A stretch of 64,000 nucleotides of DNA from Geosiphon pyriformis uo1 (taxonomy: Eukaryota > Fungi > Glomeromycota). The stretch spans positions 1,427,924 through 1,491,923 of the forward strand of contig JAAOMT010000009.1 in assembly GCA_016748015.1 (NCBI GenBank), read 5' to 3'. The notes below the pieces were generated by a model. It did no database searches. It was not told the origin of the DNA and worked only from the letters and a program-made list of their open reading frames with translations. Positions within the stretch are counted from its first letter, which is position 1. The number at the start of each line of letters is the position of its first letter. A program made the position numbers and the translations under genes. This document shows positions 26,312-37,382 of the stretch, in pieces.

Positions 26312-28800
26312 ATTATGATTAAAAATCATAGTTTTTATTAGTTATTACATATATTAACCACTAAATATTACATAATTAGCCATTCTATTTTTAGATAATA
26401 ATTATTAATCTAATTAATAATCTGACCATTAACCTGGTTATTGGCCATTTTTAATAATTATATATGTAATAAGTCTCTTAATTGTAGAAAAACATATAAT
26501 AATTGATCAAGACTAAATAAAATAACAACTATTATCTTAATTCTTTTTTTATTATTTATTTATTTTTCTTACTTTTAAGTATTCAAACATTTTGGAATAA
26601 AAAATTACTTATTAGTATTTATCTAACCTTTTTTTAAATCATATAATTATAGCATTTGAAGATAATTGAATAAAATATGATTAAAAAATACATCTAATAC
26701 CTAATATTAAATTTTAAAAGCACTAACATAAGACATAAAATTATATCAGTATATTATTATTTGTTAAAAGTATAAACTATTATTTTATCTTCAGATTTTT
26801 TGGTTATTTTTTAAAAAGAATAATAACTGAGATATTTTATAAAATTAATTATGTATATTGAATTAATATTTATTTAATTTGTTTCTTAAAGTTGAATTCT
26901 TTTTGATCTATTCTATTATCATACAATTCTGTTATTCCTTGCTATTCATTAGCTTGTTATTCTAATTAATAACATAAAAATAATACTCTCTATAAGATTG
27001 TTAAAATCTACTTTGTTTTTTATTATATAGGTGATTATTCATATTTGTCATAATTAAATTAGTTGATTTTTTTTGGTTGTATTGTTTTTAAAATTAGTAA
27101 TTTGATTTTTTAAGTTGATAACTATACTTGTTTTATTTTTTACTTTTTTGATTTTTATTATTATTAATGCTTTGCTATTATAATATTTGGTTTTTATAAA
27201 TTTTTAAATTTAGCTATTGTAAAAACTAGTACTTTACACAAATATTATATTTGATAGAAAACTTCTAAATATTGTTGCTGCTATAAATATTAAAGTTTAA
27301 ATTATTTATTTGTTAATTACAAGTTGTTTATTAAGTCTGTTATTGATTTTAAGCTTTTTATCTTAATTTTTATTAACAAAAGATCTTATACTAAAGCTTC
27401 TGTTTTTTTTGTTGTTTTTTTAAGTATTCTTGTTATTAATTTTGTAATTCAATTTATATTAAATTTTTTAAAAGTTCAAATCTTAAATTTGATTGCTTTG
27501 ATGAAATTTGTTATAGAGCTTATTGACTTTTTAATTATTTTGGTTATTAATTTTTTAGATAAAAATACATGTAAAAAACTTCAAATAAAGAAAAATTTGT
27601 TTTTTATAAAAAATACTGCTAATAACTTTGTTAATTTTTTAATTGATATTTCTAAGAATTTTAAATATTTTAAATCTAAAATAGAGTTTAGTTATATAAA
27701 TTATAATAAAGTTTGACTATATAAATTATAATAAAGTTTTTGTTACTAAAATTTTTTCTTTAAATAAAAACACTATTAATTATATAATTATATTTTAATA
27801 AATATTAAATTTTAATATTAAGTATAGTATTAAAAAACAAAATTGTTTTTTAATAAATTTATTTTTAATAGTTAAAATTTAAATAATATTATTAAAAAAT
27901 TTAGAAAACTGAATTTATTTTTAATTATTTCTGATTCAATTTAATTAGCTTAAACTAAGACTTATATTTGATCATAGATAAAAAATACATAAATTATGTT
28001 TAATTTGTATTATTTAGTTTAATATATGATGTTAGATTGTAATTAAGCTATACATTAAACTTAAAAAAATATATATATATATTATAAAATACATTAATAA
28101 AAGTTTAATTAAAAATATTAATTGAGTTAAAATAATTTAAAAAATAGTTTAAAATTTATTTAATTAATAAGTATATTGTTAACTTATATGTATATATTAA
28201 TAAAACTTTGCACAAAAAAGTTCCAATTTTTATAAAAAAAAGTTATATAATTCTAAATATTCAAGTATATTTTATATTAAATATAGAAAAAAAAATTTTA
28301 ATTATTTTTTTATTTATAGCTTTAATGCTAAAAAAAATTTATTGTTAAAAATATGTTAATGTCTAAATGATTCTAACCAAAGCTTTTATCAAAAAATTTT
28401 GCAAATATTGTATAATATTTGGTTTAAAGAATTAGTTAAATAACTGTTGCAAAAGATTTTGTTTTTAAAATTTTGGTTGGTAAAATTATTGAGAAAATTC
28501 GGCTTTGTTTGGCTTCTTAATTTCAAGTTATGAGCAAAAGTATAAAAAAAATAATTTAATTGTAAATAATAAATTTGTAATAAGTAATATTTTTGTGTTT
28601 ACTTTAAAGATAATAGTGCACAGTAACAGTTTTGCCAGGAGTATCATGGTTAATTTAAGTTTTAAGAAGTGTATTGGTCTTATTTCTTAGTTTTTCTTTG
28701 CTGCTTTTGGTTTTGTCAATGACATTAATGTAGTTTTGATCAGCTCGAGTAGTGGTTGGCCACATTCGTTAATGCTATAAGTTTCAAAATTTTATTTTGT
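26312..28800. other. Extremely AT-rich stretch, probably an ancient decayed repeat of unidentified type
   Basis: Very low GC and near-absence of CpG, as in the neighbouring decayed elements; no recognisable domain. Confidence 0.3.
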
Positions 28801-29273
28801 AATAACAATTTTTATTAGTAATTGAGAGTTTTAATGATTATAAAATAGGTTAAAGAAAACATTAAATTTGGACTTAAAACTTTTAGTAAATATATCTAAT
28901 ACATAAATTAGATTTTTTCAGATATACCAAACTAAAAATTTTTCAACATCATAAAATTCATGATAGGCAAACTTATGTGCAAACTTCAGATGGTAATTCT
29001 TGAGGTTTCTAGTCGTTCCTTGGTTGGGGTAAACCTTTGAGGAATTTATCTGCTTTACTTCGTGCAAATTTCAAATTGCTTATTTCTATGAAAAATAAAC
29101 ATATTTTAGTGTAGAAAAATATATCAACGCCAAACAGGGCAGTTTTGCGTTAATCAAAGTATCAACCAAACCAATGGTAATACAATGCGTGATGTTGGTC
29201 TTAAAATCCTTGGTTTTGTATTCCATATGAAATATTTATATAGTTACAATTTGATATCCTTACATACTTCTAG

Positions 29274-29345
29274 GAGGGGTTGGCGCAATGGTAGCGCGTC
29301 CGCCTCCAGAGCGGAAGGTTGGGTGTTCAAATCACTCACTCCTCA
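29274..29345 (+). tRNA. tRNA-Trp (CCA), intronless
   Basis: Cloverleaf: acceptor GAGGGGT/ACTCCTC+A, D-stem GCGC/GCGC, anticodon stem TCCGC/GCGGA with loop CT-CCA-GA, T-arm GGGTG-TTCAAAT-CACTC; followed by a TTCTTTTT Pol III terminator. Confidence 0.95.
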
Positions 29346-29542
29346 TTCTTTTTGAATTTTAATATAATGGGTATGATCAGCGGAATTTTTATTTGACTTT
29401 GCTAATATAAGCTTTCCCAAGCTCTAAGGTAGGAAAAACAATAAAAGCTTTACTATTATTGGAAAAAAATCTGTCAATCCTTAAGTCCAATTTTTTTACC
29501 CGATTAAGGTCACAATTCCCAACCTCCCAGGTATGGCATTTT

Positions 29543-29567
29543 TTAATAATTACGAAAGGGATCATTA

Positions 29568-29604
<37 letters not shown>

Positions 29605-32600
29605 CCTTGGCATTATTATTTTTATGAAGTTCCGGATTCTTTTTCTTTTCGAGCTTAAAAGAATCGGAAGGATCAGTTAAAGATGATAAAGGGATTTTTT
29701 GGGGCTTCTTTTTTTTCGATTTAATGGGTGATGAAGGGACGGAATTGTTATTTTCATCACTGTTGGCCTTTTCCTTTTTCTTTTCGAGCTTAGGAGAATC
29801 GGAAGAATCAGTTAAAGATGATAAAGGGATTTTTTGGGACTTCTTGTTTTTCGATTTAATCGGTGAAGGGACGGAGTTGGTCATCGACGTAATAGACACA
29901 GCCTCTTCATTATTTTTGTGAAGTTCGGCATTCTTTTTCTTTTCGAGTTTAGAGGGATCATTTGAAGAGGTTTTCTTGGACTTTCTTTTTTTCGATTTAG
30001 TAGGCGATGAAGAGACAGAGTTGGTCATTGACGTGAAATCCTCGATAATTTTTGGCTTATAATCTGACACGGAATTTATTTTATTTGTTGGCTGAACTCC
30101 CCATGATGCAGAGTTAGGTAAATCCTCGAGTTTAAGAAATGAGCGCGAATGATAAAGATCAAATGATTGCCGCTTTTTTGAGGATAGCTTAAAATTTTTT
30201 AAAGGTTGATTTATCAATTCCCGATATACCATTAAAAAAAGTACATTGACTTACCAAGATATCGTCGATTGGGGCATCTTTTCGAGATGAAGACTCGATA
30301 GAAATCCTGGTTTCTTTGACTTGTTTTAGAGCTGAATGCCCTTCAAGCCAAGGATTATCACTTCCCTCTCCAATTTCCTCATATCCACTACTTGGTCTAA
30401 AAGAAACGCCAGAATAACCGTCTGTTTTCAGAGAAGAATTATAAATATCATGACCTTTAGGTGGATTTAAACCGGCTCCATCAAAATTCAAAATAGAGCC
30501 CTGCGATACCTGTTATATTCACAGGACCCTCTTGATCCACGTTGGCTTGAAATTTATAGGTTCGTGCCTCATTTGAAAGTCTTCTATCTAGCAAATTGAT
30601 TTGTTTTGTGGCTGCCGCTAAATCATCGTCATCACTACTGTCTGTTATTCTTCCTGCTGTTGATGAAATGCTACCTTGCCGCTGCCATACATCTGTCAAT
30701 TCACTACGATATGAAGTGGATTTGTATGGACTACTAGGTTTTTCTTCGTTCTCTTGTTCGTCTTCATATTCAACCCCAACAAGATCTTCATCCACTGCAA
30801 CCATTAAGTTTGGCGTAGAAGGTTCATCTCCCTCTTCATTAATGTCAACTTTAGCAGCAATTACTGGAAGGACAACCGATTGATCAGGAATTTCGTCAAA
30901 GAAATCATCTTGCAATTGACCAGCATGGAATTCATCAATTATAGCCACATCTGGAGTAACAACTGCTCTTGTGCTTCGATCAGATAAAGATGAAATAGTC
31001 AATTCCATGGATCTCTTGGGTGAAATTGACTGTGTTGATTCCTCTAAATATTCCCAGTGAAAATCATAATAGTCATTAAATGAGAACATTAAACCTTTTG
31101 ATATGATGTAAAAATTATGAACCTATTGCTGTCTGTGAGGCCAAATATTCATTTTCTTTTACCCACAATTTTTTTAAGGTGTTTTTTTCTTGTTCCAATA
31201 TTTCATTTCCCGATTCTAGAGCAAAGAGATTTTGAGTATTATTTATGAAACATTGTTCCTAATCAAAGCGCAGATTTACCTTGCGTAGGAGCTTCATTTT
31301 GTCGGTTTCGAATATTAATTGGAACTTGTTCACTGTCGTCCAAGAGGTCAAGAAAGTCAACTAATTCCTTGGTTTTAAATTCGAGTTGTTGACGCAGAAT
31401 ATCTCTCTATCAATATGAAAAATGTGATTATAAAATCTTTGTAATATCATACAAATATACAATTGCACTACCTGCAACTGTAAAAATGGAACGCCCAAGT
31501 ATTTATATATGTATTCTAGACCAAACCCAGTGAGCATACTTGTCTCGACATAACGTATGGTGTTGGCCGAAGGATATTCTGTAACTCGTAATCTGTTGTA
31601 TTCTGAAATGGCATGATATATCTGACTCGGCTCAATTGCGCGCTGTGCACTATTTAGTTATTGGGATTGAAAAAAATCTATTTTTACATCACATAAATAT
31701 TTCTATTCAACCTTTCCATGCCTACCTAAGATCGCCAAAATTCCCCTAGATTTAATGAGTAGGATAAGGAAAAGTTTATACACTGCGTAAATATCTATAT
31801 TTCAAAACTTTCAACTATTTAGATCTACAACATGACCTACCAGAAGCAAAACTGCCAGATGACCAGGAATGTGCTTAATTTCTTTGATAGCATATTCAAA
31901 AGTCCAAGTTTTTGTGAGATCGAACATTAAAATAACCCCATGAGTATTTCGATAAACATTTATATTAGCCGCATCGAGTGTCAATTGATCCGGCGGTGGA
32001 GTGGATGGTGAACCCACTGATGTTGGTGTTATAGGTTCTTTGAAAGTATGATTGTTCAGAAACCGAGATCTTGGAAAAATAAGTTTCCAGGAAAATTAAT
32101 AGATGAATGCTTACGATTTTCAATTTTCAGCCCAATAGTACTAGGCGATGAAGGATTTCTTTTCGCCGTTTGCGTTAAATTCGTCCCTTTATCAACCACA
32201 TCCCAAACTTCAACTTTAATCACATCATTTGTAAGTTTATAAGCCCATTGAATATTTGCAACCTGAATTTGAGGGGTAGTTATATATTCTTCTTGAAAGG
32301 CTCCCCCTTGGAGCCGTGTAACTTCAAGGAAGATGATTATAAATAAAAAAACTTTCATTGAACCAATTTTTTGTCCATGAAAAAACTTACATAGGGTAGT
32401 CTTTCCGGTCCTTATGTCACCACGTATTATTATTTTCACTGTAAGCAAAAATATGGTCCACCATTCTTTTTACTAAAAAATCTGAAATAAATAACCAAAA
32501 ATTAAAGTTTATTTTACATACTATTGTATTTTACACCCTTATGAAAGTTGCCTGGCATGGGCTTGTGAGCGATGTGGGGACCATAACTCTCTGGAGCTGT

Positions 32601-32688
32601 GTAGGATTTGGTCTGTTCGTTCCCCTAAAGGCTTTTTTAACTTAGTAAAGAGACTTTTCTGTGACAAACAAAACGGCAGACTTACCAT
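29543..32688 (-). CDS. RABL6: Rab-like protein 6 (RABL6/RBEL1/PARF family GTPase) with long low-complexity C-terminus, multi-exon
   Basis: KGVKYN-MKIIIRGDIRTGKTTL, RLQGGAFQEEY, IQVANIQW, VEVWDVVDKG, VYRNTHGVILMFDLTKTWTFEY; Lys-rich C-terminus; first coding exon is the ATG alone (32686-32688). Confidence 0.85.
29563..29603. repeat. (AAT)n microsatellite encoding poly-Asn at the RABL6 C-terminus
   Basis: Run of ATT/AAT triplets with one GTT interruption. Confidence 0.9.
29620..30030 (-). repeat. Three imperfect intragenic tandem repeats (about 45-55 codons each) in RABL6
   Basis: NSV(P/S)S..P(I/T)KSK..K....KLEKKK occurs three times, with DNA-level identity such as ATCAGTTAAAGATGATAAAGGGATTTTTTGGG twice. 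Confidence 0.85.
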
Positions 32689-33077
32689 AATTTAAAAGAA
32701 CGGGTCAAACAAGAGTGAAGATAATCGATTTTTTGCTCTCCATTAAAAGGTGGGGAAATTCTATATACTTGGGATCAACATTGGTTATAACACAATAATT
32801 ATTTTAAAGTTATAAAAAACTCTTCTATAAATTATAAACTTACATATATTTTTTAACAATGTAAAATGTTCTGGAATTGAAACTTTATGTATTAATTTTT
32901 TATTCTTGAAAAAAAATATGTAATAAATAAATTGATGCAGTTTAAATAAAACACAAATTCTTAAATCTTTTCATTGGTTAACAATTATGCCCCTGAAATC
33001 TGAGGCATTGAAATCAAAATACTGGGAAATTTTAACTTCATCCAATTTCAATTGATAAAGCTTCCTTTGATCTTCAA

Positions 33078-34515
33078 ATGTCACGACCAACGGAAGAACG
33101 TAACCAAGAAGCCACCGTTTACATTGGAAATCTTGATGAACGGTGCACCGAAGCGCTTATATGGGAATTGATGCTTCAGGCGGGGCCTGTAGGTTTGTGG
33201 TTGCCTTTTTTTAATTATGAAGTTTCTGTTTTTCTGCTTTGAGAGCTTTAGCACTTCTTAGACTTGGACAAGAGAATAAAAACGTCTTTTTGTTGAAGTA
33301 AAAATTTTCGAGTCTTCATGAAAAAATTCAAGCTGATTTTTCTTTTATATTGGCAATACTTTGTAGTCAACGTTCACTTACCAAAAGACCGTGTGACTCA
33401 AACACATCAGGGATACGGTTTTTGCGAGTACATGAGCGAAGATGATGCCGATTATGCGATAAAAATTATGAACCAAATCAAACTATATGGAAAACCCATT
33501 CGCGTTAATAAGGTTTTGTATTTCTGGTTACAAAGATCCCGAAAGAGTTTAATTTTCACCTTTCAACGAAGAGCTCCATTGATGGCATTTTATAAAACTG
33601 CACAGATCATTTATATTTCTATGTTGGAAATAGGCAACATCAGACAAAAAGAATTTGGATGTGGGAGCATCATTGTTTATTGGAAATTTAGATCCAGATG
33701 TCGATGAAAAAATGCTGTACGACACTTTTAGTGCTTTTGGCGTGATTGTACAGACCCCAAAGGTACGTAGAGGCACCCTCTTCATGATTCTTAGCTGATA
33801 AAATGATTCCATTATCATTTGTAGTAATAAAATATATTAATCGCAAGGGTAGATTGCACGTGATCCCGATACCGGAAACAGTAAAGGCTATGGTTTTATT
33901 TCTTACGATAATTTCGATTCATCCGATGCTGCGATTGATGCGATGAATGGACAATATCTAATGAACAAACCTATTACTGTTTCCTACGCGTTCAAGAAAG
34001 ATGGGAAGGGAGAGCGACATGGCAGTGCTGCTGGTAACTATGATATGACTGAGCCGGATGGAAAAGAATTATTTTATTTACTTTGTGAATCTTGAAATTA
34101 GAAAGACTGTTGGCCGCTCAAGCTAAAAAGAATCAAAGCTTGCCGAATCGTCTGTTCGCAGATGTAAGGCCAAATATGGCTATGCCACCACCAATGATGG
34201 TGATGCGTCCACCAATTGCTGCACCAGTACCACAACCAATCACTGCCACTACGATTTCGCGACCTGTTATTCAAAACATGGTTCCTCCGAGCAATATTTA
34301 TGCTGCATATCCTAGTGTGATCAATACGACAAACTCAGCACCCCCACCGCCACCCCCACGACCACCTTTTATGAACGGTAACAACGGTATGTATATACAT
34401 ATATTTATTTTATTTTTAATCATATTTTTACTTATTTCAAATCGAATTTTCAGCCCCATCATCCTTCAATCCTAGCTTATCCCCAACAGGAGTTAGACCA
34501 CCTTTCACTAATTGA
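33078..34515 (+). CDS. SF3B4: Splicing factor 3B subunit 4 (SAP49/Hsh49), two RRMs plus Pro-rich tail, multi-exon
   Basis: [87 protein letters not shown]. Confidence 0.95.
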
Positions 34516-34769
34516 GTGTTCTATATCAATCTACAGAGTATATATTGCACTAGGGTTCTTTATGTTTCGATTCATTTTTCGTGCTTACTGTTAGTGTCGA
34601 AAATATTTCGGTTCAGAACCTATTTTTATTAGATATTACGATGAGGAAAAATAGAATTCTCAAGAACTAATGTCTTAATTTTTCACACAAACAAGATTCT
34701 AGGCTTAGTGCCGCATTCAAACATTTATTTGAATAAACCAACTGACGATTTCTTAATTCATTTTATATT

Positions 34770-35539
34770 TTAAGCTTTTGTTGCTGCTTGCTCTTCGACA
34801 AACGACACAGCTCGTGTCACATGACCATTAAAATCCATCTGGGAATCGAAAACGTCGCGGACGATCCCTTCTCTATCGATTAGAAAGGTTACACGACCAG
34901 GAATAATGCCAAAGGTTTTAGATACCTAATGTGGATGGTGCAAGATGTTGATCAAGTGTCTACGTTAATAAAACGCCTTAACATCAATATTAGGCCTTTT
35001 CATAAATGTTTTTGGCGGTACCTCAAAAGCCTTTTTCGCTTCACCCTTTACGTCTGCCAATAATGGGAACTGGAGTTTTTGAGCTGTAGCGAAACGTTTA
35101 TGAGAATCGGAGGAGTCTGATGATATTCCCACTAGGGTTGCACCGGCGTCTTGGAAGACTTGATACGAGTCACGGAATGAACACGCCTTATTAAAGAAAA
35201 AGAAGTATGTTGAAAATCTTGAAAGTAATGAAAAGAATTTATAAGGGCAAGTACCTGTTTAGTACAGCCGTAGCTTTCGTCTTTCGGATAAAAGAACACA
35301 ACTGCGGGACCCTGGCCTAAAAAAGACCCTAAGTCCACGGATTCACCGTCTTGGTTTTTTAGTGAAATATTCTTTGGTGCGGGCTTGTTCAAAAGTGAGT
35401 GTGGCATTTTTAAGTGGAAAGAAGAGTGAAATTGGGGAGTTGAACTTTTTATTGGTGAACAGTAGTAATATGAGCTATGGCTAAAGGTCAAAGATGTGGT
35501 AGTTGATCGTGGCACTTTTGAGATAAATCTTTGAAACAT
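34770..35539 (-). CDS. Peroxiredoxin Q/BCP family thioredoxin peroxidase with N-terminal presequence, multi-exon
   Basis: FFYPKDESYGCTKQ-ACSFRD (peroxidatic Cys with resolving Cys at +5), GISSD, FPLLAD, PGRVTFLIDREG; stop at 34770-34772. Confidence 0.9.
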
Positions 35540-36746
35540 GGTGAAATTTCATTTTGGTAAACAGAATTTATAAGAGTGTAAAACCAAAGTCATAATGATG
35601 ATATATTATGATGAAAGTCTTACATAATCATAATATTGACGTGGGAAAATTTAACATTTAATTTGAAATCTGATTTTTATTATCATTATTATTTTTAATT
35701 AATTTGTTTTTTAAATATTATATATATATTTAAATTATTATTTTATCACATTTAAAACAAATAGTAAAATGTTTGCAATTTTTATTTTTAAAGTAAAAAC
35801 AGTTAAATAGTGTTTTTTTTAATTTTTTTATTATTAAACATTTTAATGAGTAAAATCCAACTACTATTTAACATTGTTATCATTGATTATTTGGGGTCTC
35901 AAAGCAAATAATAAACTCGTAACTTGGTGCTCAATTGATATACTGCTGTTAATTTCTGAAGGTTTTCGTAATTTGAAGGTTTTGGTTGAGTCCTTTGTAT
36001 AATGAACAGAGATTCAATTGATAATTTTATCCATAGCTTTCTGAAACTACAGTTTCGTCAATTTCTTTCTCAACGTGATGGCCAGTAATCTTCTTGGTAA
36101 GCTATTCTCAAATCTGAGTGTCTACCCTTATTTCTGGGTCTTTTATTAATGCTATATCCTGATGTTAGTATCTCTGCATGTAAATCCTTTTAATTAAGTT
36201 AACAAACAACAAAGAAAATAAAGCAAGAAAAAAAATAAAGAAAATAAGAAAAATAAGCCAAGACAATTTGCATGTTAGTATCCTATCAATAGTCATAATC
36301 AAGAGCTATTGTTCCAGTATGATTAAGTATCAATTACTATCAACATAAAGTGTTGATAGTGGAGAGTGGATTAAGATAGTGAATAATTATTTATTGATAT
36401 TTGTGATGTGGAAGGTTGCTTAGATCAAATCTAAACTAAAAGATCTGTTTTTTTTTTTTCTAATGCTACCACTATATATACATAATTAATGTTCTATGAG
36501 ATTGCTCATATTCCTGAGCAATGTGTTATAATTTCTTGAACAATGCTCACATTGCTAAGCAATGTGTTTTAATTTTCTAATATTGCTCTATATTGCTGAG
36601 CAATGTGCTGTAATTTTCTGATATTGCTCCATATTGCTGAATAATGTGCTGTGATTTCTGACATTGTTTCATATTGCTGAGCAATATGCTCACGTGTTAA
36701 CTATTACTCTCTTATTGGTCTACTATTTTCTATATCTGTTTTTCTT

Positions 36747-37382
36747 TTAATATTGAGCTCTGTTAAAATCCTCATTTTGAGTTATGTCGAATATTTCTTT
36801 CTCAAGTAGTGTCTGTTCTATCCTACTTTTTATTTCTTCAATTTGTGAGTTGTTCATTTTTTCTTATTGGTTAATAGTTATTGTTTTCATATTAGAGTGT
36901 AACAATACTTCTGGGTAGTTTTGAAATATAGTGTGTAGTCAATAAATGGTCTTAACATATAGTGTTATATTTGTTTTCTTTCCAATAATGTCTTCAATGT
37001 TCTGAATTATCTCTTAATTAAAGATTTTTTTGGATTTGTCAAGATATAACTTCTGTATATCTACTTTTTATCCCAATTAATAGTAGCAGTATAGTATTGG
37101 AAATTGGTCTATTCATTGGTTCTAATTTTTTTTAGTCAATTCTTCTGTTGGAACCATGATTGTTATCTTTTCAAAAGTGTTCTTTACTTTTTCTATTATT
37201 TTATCTGACCAGTTTATTGATTGTTTCTGTGGTCGCTGATATAGTGTACTTTTTTCTTTTTGTTTGGTGTTTTGATAACAAATTGTTTGGTTGTTGATGA
37301 TAATTTCCATGTTTACTTGCTGTTGACTTAAAGCCTGAAACAATTGTTAAGCTAAAATGTGAATATAGTTTAGTATTTCCAT
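36747..37382 (-). pseudogene. Gypsy-1 ORF3 (211 codons, unknown function, several nonsense mutations)
   Basis: ATG at 37382, TAA at 36747-36749; one frame colinear with 54317-54952; the stops correspond to TGG/CAA/CGA codons hit by transitions. Confidence 0.65.

Noticed and set aside
27324-27716. 130-aa hydrophobic ORF
   Set aside because: Low-complexity F/I/K/N composition expected from extreme AT content; no motif.
30189-30510. Apparent frameshifts in RABL6 (pseudogene or programmed frameshift)
   Set aside because: Explained by short GT-AG introns (GTATCG..CCTAAAG and GTAAGT..TTTTAAG) that restore the frame.
34770-35539. Recent horizontal transfer of a bacterial-type PrxQ
   Set aside because: The gene has spliceosomal introns and host-like composition, and the PrxQ/BCP family is native to fungi; it cannot be supported without phylogeny.
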